Shown: in pieces, positions 14,260-27,550 of the stretch
Layout: every line of letters begins with the position of its first letter
How positions within the stretch are numbered: the first letter of the stretch is position 1
Assembly (NCBI GenBank): GCA_964016885.1
Contig: OZ024757.1
Coordinates: 14,694,001-14,758,000 of the forward strand
Direction of reading: 5' to 3'
DNA from: Eledone cirrhosa
Lineage: Eukaryota
DNA: 64,000 bases
Notes under the pieces: model-generated
What the model saw: only the letters and a program-made list of their open reading frames with translations
Database searches by the model: none
What the model was told of the DNA's origin: nothing
Program-made: the position numbers and the translations under genes

Positions 14260-16192
14260 TGACTCCGGCATTCTTGCTCTTGTGTTGGTATATATGACCC
14301 CGGCATTCTTGCTGTTGTGTTGGTATATATGACCCCGGCATCCTTGTTCTTGAGTTGGTATATATGACCCCGGCATCCTTGCTCTTGTGTTGGTATATAT
14401 GACCCCGGCATCCTTGCTCTTGTGTTGGTATATATGACCCCGGCATCCTTGTTCTTGAGTTGGTATATATGACCCCGGCATTCTTGCTGTTGTGTTGGTA
14501 TATATGACCCCGGCATTCTTGCTCTTGTGTTGGTATATATGACCCCGGCATCCTTGCTCTTGTGTTGGTATATATGACCCCGACATCCTTGCTCTTGTGT
14601 TGGTATATATGACCCCGGCATCCTTGTTCTTGAGTTGGTATATATGACCCCGGCATTCTTGCTGTTGTGTTGGTATATATGACCCCGGCATTCTTGCTCT
14701 TGTGTTGGTATATATGACCCCGGCATCCTTGCTCTTGTGTTGGTATATATGACCCCGGCATCCTTGCTCTTGTGTTGGTATATATGACCCCGGCATCCTT
14801 GCTCTTGTGTTGGTATATATGACCCCGGCATCCTTGTTCTTGAGTTGGTATATATGACCCCGGCATTCTTGCTGTTGTGTTGGTATATATGACCCCGGCA
14901 TTCTTGCTGTTGTGTTGGTATATATGACCCCGGCATCCTTGCTCTTGTGTTGGTATATATGACCCCGGCATCCTTGCTCTTGTGTTGGTATATATGACCC
15001 CGGCATCCTTGCTCTTGTGTTGGTATATATGACCCCGGCATCCTTGTTCTTGAGTTGGTATATATGACCCCGGCATTCTTGCTGTTGTGTTGGTATATAT
15101 GACCCCGGCATTCTTGCTGTTGTGTTGGTATATATGACCCCGGCATTCTTGCTGTTGTGTTGGTATATATGACCCCAGCATTCTTGCTCTTGTGTTGGTA
15201 TATATGACCCCGGTATTCTTGCTCTTGTGTTGACATGTATACCAACATATCAACACAAGAGCAAGGATGCCGGGGTCATATATACCAACGCAAGAGCAAG
15301 GATGCCGGGGTCATATATACCAACACAACAGCAAGAATGCCGGGGTCATATATACCAACACAAGAGCAAGAATGCCGGGGTCATATATACCAACACAAGA
15401 GCAAGGATGCCGGGGTCATATATACCAACACAAGAGCAAGGATGCCGGGGTCATATATACCAACACAAGAGCAATAATGCCGGGGTCATATATACCAACA
15501 CAACAGCAAGAATGCCGGGGTCATATATACCAACACAAGAGCAAGGATGCCGGGGTCATATATACCAATGCTAGAGCAAGGAGGCCGGGGTCATATATAC
15601 CAACACAAGAGCAAGGATGCCAGGGTCATATATACCAACACAACAGCAAGAATGCCGGGGTCATATATACCAACACAAGAGCAAGGATGCCGGGGTCATA
15701 TATACCAACACAAGAGCAAGAATGCCGGGGTCATATATACCAACACAAGAGCAAGAATGCCGGGGTCATATATACCAACACAAGAGCAAGGATGCCGGGG
15801 TCATATATACCAACACAAGAGCAAGGATGCCGGGGTCATATATACCAACACAAGAGCAAGAATGCCGGGGTCATATATACCAACACAAGAGCAAGGATGC
15901 CGGGGTCATATATACCAACACAAGAGCAAGGATGCCGGGGTCATATATACCAACACAAGAGCAAGGATGCCGGGGTCATATATACCAACACAAGAGCAAG
16001 GATGCCGGGGTCATATATACCAACACAAGAGCAAGGATGCCGGGGTCATATATACCAACACAAGAGCAAGGATGCCGGGGTCATATATACCAACACAAGA
16101 GCAAGGATGCCGGGGTCATATATACCAACACAAGAGCAAGGATGCCGGGGTCATATATACCAACACAAGAGCAAGGATGCTGGGGACATATA
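14260..16192. repeat. Inverted 35-bp minisatellite: about 28 units then about 27 reverse-complement units
   Basis: Unit TATATATGACCCCGGCATCCTTGCTCTTGTGTTGG; orientation switches at about 15233-15250. Confidence 0.97.
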
Positions 16193-16914
16193 TAGTGATA
16201 ATAATAAGTAATAATAAAATGGGAAGACTAAAATCCAAAGAGGGCTCGATAAGGATAAATAAATATCAAATATATAAGAACCATAGAGCAAATATTAATA
16301 TATACATACATATATATACACATACAAACACACATGTATATATATATATATACATACCCACATATATACATATATATAAAGTGAACATGGAAAAACTAAA
16401 CAGGAGAACAATACAATGCAATAAATAATGATATGTTAAACATTTGAAAAGAATCTTAATGTGTCAGGTACTAGTCTTTCTTCAGAGATGTGAGGATGTT
16501 TGGAAGAGAGAAGAAAAAGGGGAGATAGCTGAGAGTAACAAAGAAAACCGGATGGAGGGAGGAGAGAGGGCACTTGTTGCTGTTTGTCAGCCATCTTGGA
16601 AATGAGGTTAGATTGTAAAAGAGTTATCAAAGGGGAGATAAGCTTCTCTCTCTGTCTGTCTGTCTGTGTGTGTGTGTGTAACAAATAAAGTGTGGTAAGG
16701 AACCAGGTGGACCATAACGCACCAGAGTACTCGATACTTAGGGTAGTAGAGTGGGTAATAGGAAAAAAGTCAGGACCCCGACTACTGAGCTCCGGCCATT
16801 TCGACAGCTAGATCCGGATCTAGCTGTCAAAATGGCCGGAGCTCAACCGTCGGGGTCCTGACTCTTTATATACACATATATATATATATATATCATCATC
16901 ATCATCATCATCAT

Positions 16915-17290
16915 CATTGTTTAACATCCATCTTCCACGCTTGCATGGGTTTGGACAGGAGTTTTCCCACTTGAGGCAAGAGTGGTTGTCTTGCTCGCAT
17001 AGGACTGTCTGGTGGGTTTTCTACGGCTGGATGCCCTTCCTAACACCAACCACGTTTACAGTGTGGGGCTGGGAGGTTTTTACTGTGTTACCTACACGGC
17101 CACATTGCAGCGTGGACTATGTTTTTTTGTCGTGACACCTACACGTCTGGCGGGTTTTCTACGGCTGGGTGCCCTTCCCAACACCAACCACGTCTACAGT
17201 GTGGACTGGGAGGTTTTTACCGTGTTACCTACACGGCCACATTACAGCGTGGACTGTGTGTTTTTTTTTGTCGTGACACCTACACGACCT
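16915..17290. mobile_element. Interspersed repeat family 3 (ggctggatgcccttcctaacaccaacc), locally duplicated; also 12620, 21680, 44485
   Basis: Recurrent motif next to (CAT)n runs; resembles an RTE-partnered SINE (inference). Confidence 0.6.
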
Positions 17291-18361
17291 TATTTGTTTC
17301 GGACTCGATGTTGTGGTACCAACATAACTTTACATTGAAAGGGGTGGTGTGGATGGGGTGGGGGTAGTGGGACGGGGGTGTATTTTTGTTAGAGGTGCCT
17401 ACTGACTGTAGGTTTCACTTTGTACTTAGGTAAGGCGGGTCTTCTGTATGACTGTGTAGCGCCAAAGATCTCGGCCCAGTGACATTGTCTTGGAGAGGTG
17501 TAAGTGTGTGAGGTCGGAATTTATCAAGTCGCCCCAGGTTTTTCTGGGTCTGCCTACTCCGTGGCTACCGTCTATTTTTATTGCCCTGCACTTTGAATAA
17601 ATATAAATCTGAATAAATATGAAATGAGAGCGAGAGAGAGATAGAGATCCACTTTTTTAATTGATATATATTCATATTTCATGTGATTTCTTTACAGTTT
17701 ATTTGAAACAATGGGGTCCCTAAACCTCTCATTTCAAGGCCTTCACTGTCATAGTCTTATCTTCAAGAAGAAATCATGTTGGTGATTCTTTATTTCAGGG
17801 ATCATAACCAGGAACTTGGAATTTTGACAGTTTTGACATTTATATGTCATCAGTCAGGTGTTTATTTTGGTTTGTGACCCAATGTATGTTAAAATATAAT
17901 AATAATGAAATTATTGTACAGTGCTCAGGTGCACTACAACTCATCAAAGGTGCATGTATAGTACATAGAATAATGTACAAATGTCACGAAAGTGAACCGT
18001 GTATGAGTCGTGATATACACACAGATACATACACATACCATTTATATAATGAAAATTATTGTCTACAGTGCTCAGGTGCACTACAACTCATCAAAGGTGC
18101 ATGTATAGTACATAGAGTAATGTACAAATGTCAGGAAAGTGAACAGTGTATGAGTCATGATATACATGTGTGCGTGTGTATGGAGGGGGGGATATCTGTG
18201 TTTACTCTAATTATTGTGCTGCTTTATGAGTTTTGGTTCCATACTTATCTATTTTTGTGGGTAAATTTGTATACATGTGTTGTCCACTGTTTTCCTGTCT
18301 TGCTTAGCTTTTCCCATGGACTGATATGGGGATGGAACAGCACAGTGGATAGAACCATTAA

Positions 18362-18565
18362 CCCTTTAGGATTTACATTACTCTGTATATACTATTGTAA
18401 TTTATCTCATATAATTGTCATGTAATATCGAATCTATGAGATTTTGATATTACTTATTTTGAGAACATTACCTTAATGTTGGTATGAGTGGCCAGTTATG
18501 ACCGGTTTGAACAGAAAGCGGTAAGAGAATTCTGGCCAGATATGGCTGGTTTAAATACTAAAGGG
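18362..18565. mobile_element. piggyBac-like MITE
   Basis: TTAA CCCTTTAG ... CTAAAGGG TTAA. Confidence 0.75.
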
Positions 18566-18569
18566 TTAA

Positions 18570-19030
18570 AACCAAGAGACTGAAATGGAAAGACTGGAAA
18601 AATGGGGGTAGCAGAGACCAGTACCAGGCTGCTAAGACAGAAGTTAGATGACAGGTGTACACAGCTCAGAAAGGGGCTGAAAAAAGAAAGTTTGCTAATG
18701 TTTTGAGACGTGAGGACCAGAGACGTGAAGTGTTTCACATTGCAAGACAGTGCATTTGTGTAAATTGAGATGTTGTTGGGGAAAAATGTGTTAGAAATGA
18801 CACTGGTGAAGCTAGCACCACCAATGTCCAAAAGAAGGAGGCCTGGAAAGGTTACTATTAGAGATTGATGAATGTAGAGAATGAATGGGAGGAAGAGAAA
18901 CTAACCCTAACTTACCCATCATAAGGACCAGCTATTGAAGTTGACAGTTATAGGGTCAAAGAAGCAAACAAAGAGATGAAGAATGGTAAAACTGCAGGAC
19001 TGTACTGCTGCACCAGCCATTGGGTATGAC
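18570..19030 (+). mobile_element. Decayed LINE (probably RTE) coding fragment
   Basis: Purine-rich, with the broken frame GPAIEVDSYRVKEANKEMKNGKTAG resembling the RT N-terminal K.GKA.G motif. Confidence 0.45.
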
Positions 19031-19215
19031 TCTGTTCTGTATTACCTGATTGACTATGCAGGTTACTAGTTCGACTCCTACTTCTCCTGATGCTTTTAAG
19101 ACTCTTTTTCTATCATTTCAAGCATTAAACTAATATATTTCTTCATTGTACTGTGTTGTTTGCTTTATTATTTCTGGTTATTTTTTACACACACACGCAC
19201 ATATATATATATATA

Positions 19216-19456
19216 CAGGGTGTCCACAAAATAATGTGTACATGCTTTGATCACTTGTACAGGCAATATTCATTAGAATGCTGTTGAGATGTATACATTT
19301 TTTGGGAACACCCTGTATATATATATATATAGAGGGTGTACCCCCAAAATGTATACAGGGTGTCTCCAAAAAATGTATACACACTTTGATTGCCTGTACA
19401 AGCAATATTTATTAGAATGGTGTTGAAGTATGTATACATTTTTGGGGGACACCCTG
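19216..19456. mobile_element. Two adjacent 100-bp Tc1/mariner MITEs (19216-19315, 19356-19456)
   Basis: TA-CAGGGTGTCC ... ACACCCTG-TA termini. Confidence 0.8.
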
Positions 19457-19619
19457 TATTTATTCATTTTTTTTTGGGGGGGGGGGGGTTACAAGTAAAA
19501 ATTTCAGATCTTCTGAAAAGAAAAACAAAAGGAAAAAAGAAAGAAAAGAAATAAAATCATTTAATAAAATATGTTTGTGTTTCTGTTTTCTTTTTATTAG
19601 TTGAAGAAGAGAGTTTATT

Positions 19620-20345
19620 GGGTTGGTAGAGCGCCAGGACAAATGCTTAGCAGTATCTCCTGGGGTCTTTACAGTCCGAGTTCAAATCCTACCAATAAAA
19701 TTTGACTTTCATCCTTCAGAGGTTGATAAAATAAAGTACCAGTCATACACTGGGGTTGATATCATCGATTTTCTTTCACCTCACCTTGTCCTCGAAATTG
19801 ATGGCCTTGTGCCTTACGGTGTTGCTAAAATAAGGTACCAGTCATACACTGGAGTAATTGCTGGCTTTGTGCCAAAAGTAGAAACAATTATTATGTCTTC
19901 ATATGGTGCTGGATTGGCAGTAAAATCGATAGAGCATCAGACACCATGCTTTGCAGCATAGTGTCATGGCCCTTTACATTCTGAGTTGAAATCCTACCAA
20001 TCAAGTTTGTCTTTCATCCTTCAGAGGTCGATAAAGTAAAGTACCAGTCATACACTGGGGTTGATATCATCGATTTTCTTTCACCTCACCTTGTCCTCAA
20101 AATTGCTGGCCTTGTGCCTAAATAAAAAATCATCATTCGAAGAAGGGTGGTGGTTTGGCAGTGGAATCGGTTGAGCATCAGACACCATGCTTTGCAGCAT
20201 AGAGTTATGGCTCTTTACATTCTGAGTTCAAATCCCTCCGGGGTTAGCTTTTGCATTTCATCCTTACGAGGGTCAATAAAATAAAGTACCAGTAATGCAC
20301 TGGGGTAAATGCTGGCCTTGTGCCTAAAGTAGAAACAATTATTCA
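19620..20345 (+). mobile_element. Three tandem diverged family-1 SINEs
   Basis: Repeated head/body/tail (ggccttgtgcctaaagtagaaac). Confidence 0.85.
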
Positions 20346-21122
20346 AAGAAGAAGAAGAAAAGAAAGAAGAAAAAGAACAACACAATTTTCATTCTTTTGT
20401 TCTCGGTTTCTTTTTTTTTTTGCTATTTAATGTTAACAACAGAACAAAGCCTAAAATTTAAAAATGTTTTTTACTGTGGCAGGCATTTTGTCTTTAGTAC
20501 CATATTTAGGCATGTGTGTGTGTGTAGGTGTATGTGTGTGTGTGTATAAATGTGTATAAAGAGATACAGAGAGGGAGGGAGGGTTGGGTAGATTTGTGAG
20601 TTTATTTCTTTAGATTCTCTATATAATTAATACTTCTTTCATATTTCCACCCTTTTGTTTTTTAAATGTATTATCATAACAATTTTTATCCAAATTAATA
20701 TTATTATTATCATTATTATCACTTAAGAGTTTAAATTAGTTCATGTTTTTTTTTGTTTTTTTTTTCCTGTCAAATAAAAAAAAAAAACTGTTTTGTTTTG
20801 TTTCCATAGTTATCACATTAAGCTATTTTATAACATCTCAAAAGAGACATTTTATTTTTGAAATTTAGAAAAAAATCTTCATACACACAATTTTCAGCAC
20901 TTATTTCTTTTAGCATGAATTTTTTTTCTTTAACAACCCACATTTAATTTTTTTATATTGAGTCCATTTTTTAAAAAAATGTCTTCACATTTTTCATGAT
21001 TTCAACATTGGAAATTTAGAATCTGCAAAAAACCCCCAAAAAACCCAACTAATTACAGTCAAGGGATTTACAGCTGCTGTCACTTATTTTTTTAATATAA
21101 AATATATTTCATTCACATTTAA

Positions 21123-21647
21123 CCTTTTAGCATGTAAACTGACCATAATTCTCTCACCTCTTTCTATTCAAACCGGCCATAATTCTCTTACCTCTTTCTA
21201 TTCAAACCGGCCATAATTCTCTCACCTCTTTCTGTTCAAACTGGCTGTATCTGGCCAGAATTCTCTCACCTCTTTCTGTTCAAACTGGCTGTATCTGGCC
21301 AGAATTCTCTCACCTCTTTCTGTTCAAACTGGCTGTATCTGGCCAGAATTCTCTCACCTCTTTCTGTTCAAACTGGCTTTATCTGGCCAGAATTCTCTCA
21401 CCTCTTTCTGTTCAAACTGGCTTTATCTGGCCAGAATTCTCTCACCTCTTTCTGTTCAAACTGGCTGTATCTGGCCAGAATTCTCTCACCTCTTTCTATT
21501 CAAACTGGCAGTAACCTGTTACTCATACTGATTTTAAGGTGTTCTCAAAATAATTAATATCAAAATCTGAGACTCGATATTATGTGCGGTAAAGCCTTTC
21601 CCGTGAAAATACAATAGTAAATATAGAGTAATGTAAATGCTAAAGGG
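21123..21647. mobile_element. piggyBac-like MITE (same family, opposite orientation) with an internal 36-bp tandem array
   Basis: TTAA flanks and CCTTTTAG / CTAAAGGG ends. Unit attctctcacctctttctgttcaaactggctgtatctggccaga-like, about 21145-21505. Confidence 0.75.
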
Positions 21648-22802
21648 TTAAAAAATATAAATCCTCATCCTGACAGTTTTATGTCCATTTTCCATGCTGG
21701 TATGGGTTGGACGGGTTTTCATGTTCTGAGACTAGACAAAATCAGATGATCCATATGTTCCATTTTAACATGAGTGTTTCTATGGCTGGATGCCCTTCCT
21801 AACACCAACCACTTTACAGCATGTACTGAGTGCATTTCATCATGGTATCAACATTACCACTTTACAGCATGCTCTGGGTGCGATTCATCATGGCACAGTA
21901 TCATCATCATTGTTTTTATGGCCCTTTTTCTACGTTTGATTGGGTTGGATGGGTCCTTTTCAGCACAGCATCTCACCACTTGTCACATTCTTTTGTCATC
22001 TCCTCTGTGAGTCTCAGCAATTTGAGATCATCTCTCACAACCTCTGCCCAGGTCTTTCTTGGTCTACCTCTACCGCGGCTTCCATCCACTGGGATTTTCA
22101 GTAATAAATATATTTTGTTAAAATATTAGTTGTCTCATTTTCTGAATATTGAAGACAATTGTTTCAGCTGCATTCATTAAGAATGAAAATATAAATTACG
22201 AATGTGAACGAAATACACTTACATACTTCAAATATAAACATAAAATATTTATATGTATGTATCGTCTCTTAATTCCTGATAGAGTTGTAGGGGTGCTGTG
22301 CTGACATACGGTGTTTCTTGGGCAGTTTAAGCCAGGAAGAGCCCATCCCTCTCCAGGCCTGAGTACAGCAGATTTCTTCCAGTGAAAGATATAAAGTGAG
22401 AGAGAGCAAATGAGAAAAAGATATAGAGGAAGAATAGACCCCAGTACAAGACTGGTACTTTTTTTTATCAACCTTGAAAGGATGAAAGGCAAAGTTGACT
22501 TCGGCGGGATTTGAACTCAGAGAGCAGAGAGCCAGAATGAATACCATAGAGCATTCTATCCGATGTTCTAACGTCTCTGCCAATTCGCTGCCTATATTAT
22601 ACTTAGAGTAGTCCAAATGTGAACAAGATATTTTTTATATATTTATACACAAATAAGCATACTGCAATTGTAAAATACCCTAACTCTAACCAGTTTCTTA
22701 TTGAAAACAAAAGTTGTGCAGATTTTTAATTTCTGATGCTTGAAACCTCAAAAATCCGAAGACAAGTTTTTCTTAAAAAGAAGGCATAAGAAATCTAGAG
22801 GG

Positions 22803-22838
<36 letters not shown>

Positions 22839-23529
22839 ATTCCATGCTGAAATGAATAAGTGTGCAATTTTCAATTTAATATCTTTTTGTCTCCAGCTTT
22901 GCTAAAAAAAATAAAATAAAAATAAAATAAAATAATAAATAAAAACTTTGCAACAAGTTCCAAAGACAAAACCTAACTGTGTAACAACTTCCTTCCTTCT
23001 TTGCTGTAGTATTTCAAACATCTATTTTCAAAAACACACTGGCTGGCTAGCTGTTTTATCTTTCATCATTTTCTTCCTTTTTTTAATCAGCATCCAAAGC
23101 ATTTCTTTCTCGTTTTCTTTCTTTCACCCATGCAATATAAACATTCTCTTCTTATTTATATATATTTTTTTTTTTTTACATTTTCACCTCGATTTAAAAA
23201 AAATACAGTTAAAAAAAGACAAAGTAAATTGTATTTTTTTTCTTCTGATTATTTTCAATAATGTCTGTCTGTCTGTCTTTTTCTTTTCATCTGTCTCATT
23301 TATTTTTCTCATTTGAATATTTTCAGCACAAGGTTTTGTAGGACACCCAAATGCCTCCTAAATAAATAAATATATATTTTTTTCTCTTTTATAGGAGAAA
23401 TGGGGGTGTTTGTTTGTGTGTGTGTGGTGGGGAGGGAGTAGGTGATTTTGTTTTATTATATCCATATATGGTATCTCTGATCGATCAACAAGATCCGAGA
23501 CCTCATTCGCTTGCCGAGTGGGGGTGGAT

Positions 23530-23722
23530 GTCATCAAATCGGACCAATGGAAAGACCAATGTTTCCATTGGTCTTTCCATTGCTGATACTTTCCTGGCAG
23601 AAAGAGCAACATGAAATAAAGTGTCTTGCTCAAGGACACAACGCATCACCTGGTTCAAGAATTGAACTCACAGCCTCACAATTGCGAATCTAACTCTCTA
23701 ACCACTAAGCAATGCGTCTTCA
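23530..23722 (-). mobile_element. tRNA-derived SINE, family 2 (also 4262, 6876, 7306, 12790, 45588)
   Basis: Recurrent aataaagtgtcttgctcaaggaca...gaattgaactc...taaccactaagc, the reverse complement of a tRNA-like head. Confidence 0.75.
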
Positions 23723-23759
23723 CTATGGTATAGTATAATATGTATTATTATATCCATAG

Positions 23760-23950
23760 GGCGGTGGATTGGCAGTATCGGTAGAGCGTCGGACGTCATG
23801 CTTTCCAGCATAGTTACGTCCCTTTACGATCTGAGTTCAAATCCCGCCGAGGTTGACTTTGCCTTTCATCCTTACGGGGTCGATAAAATAAAGTACCAGT
23901 AATGCACTGGGTAATTGCTGGCCTTGTGCCTAAAGTAGAAACAATTATTA
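23760..23950 (+). mobile_element. Full-length tRNA-derived SINE, family 1
   Basis: A box TGGCAGTATCGG, B box GTTCAAATCC, body GCCTTTCATCC..GGTCGATAAA, and flanking duplication ATTATTATATCCATA. Confidence 0.9.
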
Positions 23951-24459
23951 TATCCATATATGGTGTAGTATAATATGTATTATATCCATATATGGTATGG
24001 TATATGTTCTATTATATCCGTATATGGTATAATATGTTTATTATATCCATATATGGTATGGTATATGTTTTATTATATCCATGTATGGTATAATGTTTTA
24101 TTATATCCATATATGGTATGGTACAGTTTATTATATCCATATATGGTATGGTATAATAAATGTTATACCATACCACATGACATTGCACCATGTGATTATT
24201 GTATATGATACATGATATATAGTTATCAATGTTACGCTGTTTGAGATCAAAGAAAGGGGACGTGTAAAGGGACATGAAAAGGGGACATAATTTCTGAGGG
24301 GTCAATACAAACACAAACAATTGGTAGGGGTTTCAAAACAAAACAAAATAAAAAAAAAGAAGAAAGCTGGAATGAAAATATTTGTTAGTCAAAGAATGAA
24401 AAGAATGAAAAAAAAGAAGAATGGGGAATGGAGGAAGAGTGTGGGGGTGGGTGGGGTGA

Positions 24460-25500
24460 TGCAGTACTACGGGGGGGGGGTTGCATAGTACTACAGTGGG
24501 GGGGGGATGCTGTGACACTATGATGGAGGGACGGTGTGGCACTATGGGATAGCATGGTACTATGATAGAAGGATAGTGTGGTACTATGAAGGGATAGAAG
24601 GGTACTATGATGGAAGGATAGTATGGTAGTACTATGGAGGGATAGTGTGGTAGTACTATGGATTGATAACGTGGTACTATGGAGGGATAGAAGGGTATTA
24701 TGTGGAGGAGTAGTGTGTGGTACTATGGAGTGATAGAATGTTCTATGATGGAGGGATAGAATGGTACTATGATGGAAGGATAGTGTGGTACTATGGAAGG
24801 ATAGTGTGGTACTATGGAGGGATAGTGTGGTTCTATGGAGGGATAGTGTGGTTCTATGGAGGGATAGAAGGGTACTATGGGGAGGAGTGTGGTACTATGG
24901 AGAAGGAATAGTGTGGTAGTACTATGGAGGAAGGATAGTGTACTACTATGGAGGGATAGAGTGGTACTATGGAGGGATAGAAGGGTATTATATGGAGGAG
25001 TAGTGTGTGGTACTATGGAGTGATAGAATGTTCTATAATGGAAGGATAGTGTAGTACTATGAAAGGATAGAAGGGTACTATAGAGTAGTACTATGAGGAG
25101 GGATAGTGTGGTACTATGATAGAAGGTACTATGATAGAAGGATAGTGTGGTACTATGGAGGATAGAGTGATACTATGGAGGGATAGAGTGGTACTATGGA
25201 GGGATAGAGTGGTACTATGGAGGGATAGAGTAGTACTATGGAGGGATAGTGTGGTACTATGGAGGGATAGTGTGGTACTATGATAGAAGGATAGTGTGGT
25301 ACTATGGAGGGATAGAGTAGTACTATGGAGGGATAGAGTGGTACTATGGAGGGATAGAGTGGTACTATGGAGGGATAGTGTGGTACTATGGAGGGATAGA
25401 GTGGTATTATGGAGGGATAGAGTGGTATTATGGAGGGATAGTGTGGCACTTCAATGGAGAGTGGTGTAGTTCTATAATGGAGGGATGGTGACGATGTGGT
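24460..25500. repeat. About 21-bp minisatellite (GTACTATGGAGGGATAGAGTG)
   Basis: Read directly from the sequence. Confidence 0.9.
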
Positions 25501-25996
25501 ACTGAGGGGGGAGGATGAAAAGTGTGTGGCATTACAATGAAGGGATGGAGGGAGGGAGAGAGAGGTGGGGGGCACTAGAACAAACATGATACAAGATGAT
25601 GATGATGACGATGATGATGATGGTGATGATGATGATGATGGTGATGGTGATGGTGATGGTGATGGTGATGGCTTAAGTGGTTCCAGTGAGATGGGATTCG
25701 TAAAAGAAGTTTTTTTTACACACAAATTCTGTTGTTCTAATTTTGAAGAATTCAATTCAACCATTTGACAATAGTAGTAGTAATAATAATAATAATGATA
25801 ATAACAATAATGACGATAATGATAATTATGATGATAATGATAATAATAATAATAATAATAATAATGTTAATAATGATGATGATGATGATGATGATGATGA
25901 CTATCAATACAATAGAAATGACACCAGAAAAAAAAGACTACACTGCACATACCCAAGGCACGTGGAGCTGTGCTCAGTAAAGCAGTAATGATGCAC

Positions 25997-26038
<42 letters not shown>

Positions 26039-26039
<1 letters not shown>

Positions 26040-26330
26040 TTAAAGGACTTAAAGTGGGAGGTAAAAAGGATTTTGAACTGCCATGAAGTCAAAGTGATCC
26101 CGATTGTCATAGGCGCACTAGGGACTATCTCAAAAAGTTTCCAGGGATGGTTAAAGAAAATTGGCCCCTTCACGCTTTTTGGAACGCTTCAAAAGGCATG
26201 CTTGCTGGGAACAGCAAGAACCCTCCGATACGTCCTGAATATCTGAGGCTGCAGGTAGTGGCTTGATATTCATTTCAACAAACTTTCCAGTTAACTAACA
26301 TCAATGACTGAGACTCAAAGAGTAATAACA
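26039..26330 (+). mobile_element. 3' fragment of the same R4/Dong-like family
   Basis: Encodes LKDLKWEVKRILNCHEVKVIPIVIGALG...LGTARTLRYVLNI*. Near-identical to the reverse complement of 30095-30360. Confidence 0.85.
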
Positions 26331-26351
26331 AATATAATAATAATGTTAATA

Positions 26352-26386
<35 letters not shown>

Positions 26387-27106
26387 AATAACTATCAATA
26401 CAATAGAAATGACACCAGAAAAAAAAAGACTACACTGCACATACCCAAGGCACGTGGAGCTGTGCTCGGTAAAGCAGTAATGATGCACAATAATAATAAT
26501 AATAATAATAATATGATAATAAAAACACAAAAAACAAAAAGAAACAACAAAAAGCAAAATGAATGAGTTTATAAAGTTTTTTTTTTTTAGTAAAATGTTA
26601 TAGTCGTTTAGCCCCAGGCCAGTGCTGATTGAGCATAATTAAAATCAAAGGACAATCCAGTCGTGCCTATCCCATTTATATATATATATATATATATATA
26701 TATGTTTTTTTTAATATCAGGGAGCAACATTGTTCAATGAACCCTTGTTTGGTGGTTTAGGAAGTGTGTGTGATTCGATAGGAGAGGGATTTTGGCTGCT
26801 ATGTCTAGCATATTAAGATAGGGACTTCCCTCAATTCAAAGATATTTGGTGGATGGTAGTAACAATGATAGTCATTTGGTATGAGGGGAGAGGGGTGTCT
26901 GTGTGTGGCATGTAAAAAAAAAATTAAGCAAAAAAAGCAGACCACAAAAAGAAAATAAATAAAAACCAAAAAAAAGAAGTTTGTTGTTGTTTTTAAATAG
27001 TGTGTTTTTTGTTTTTGTTTTTAAAGGGTTACAACAAGGCAAATAGGACATCAAATGTTAGAAATAATGATAACAAAGTTGTTGAGATGTTACCTTGGAG
27101 GTGTTT

Positions 27107-27550
27107 AAACCCCTTGGCGCTGTTGGCAACATAAGTCGCTGACAGAGTAATCTCCCCTAAAAAAAATTCAGCATCCTAAAGATTAATTAGTCCTTAATAT
27201 TTCAGGATAAAATGCCCTCATCAAAAGAAGAGTTAATCTTTAGGATGCTGAATTTCTTTTATGGATTCCCTTCACACTGTATTATGTACCAGGGGGAGAT
27301 TACTCTCTTGTCGCAATTTGTCACCGACAGAGTGCTGAAGGTTAATTAGTCCTTGATATTTCATGATAAAATGCCTTCATCAAAAGAAGAGTTAACCTTT
27401 AGGACGCTGTATTTTTCTTAAGAATTGTTTCCCTTGACAGTGCATTATTTATTAAGCGGAGATTACTCTCTTGTCGCCGACAGCGTACTGAAAGTTAATT
27501 AGTCCTTAATATTTCAGGATAAAATGCTTTTAACAAAAGAAAGAGTTCAG
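27107..27550. repeat. About 160-bp degenerate tandem repeat (x3)
   Basis: ttaattagtccttaatatttcaggataaaatgcc..aaaagaagagtt recurs at 27183, 27342 and 27495. Confidence 0.7.

Noticed and set aside
14228-16428. CRISPR-like array or 290-340 aa repeat proteins in the 35-bp repeats
   Set aside because: Units are contiguous with no unique spacers and there are no cas genes. The ORFs are open in all three frames simply because one strand of the unit lacks stops.
16430-16490. Another hammerhead (minus-strand CTGAAGA)
   Set aside because: GAAA and stem I' could not be placed convincingly.
23760-23850. tRNA gene
   Set aside because: A and B boxes are present but continue into a SINE body and tail found in many copies.
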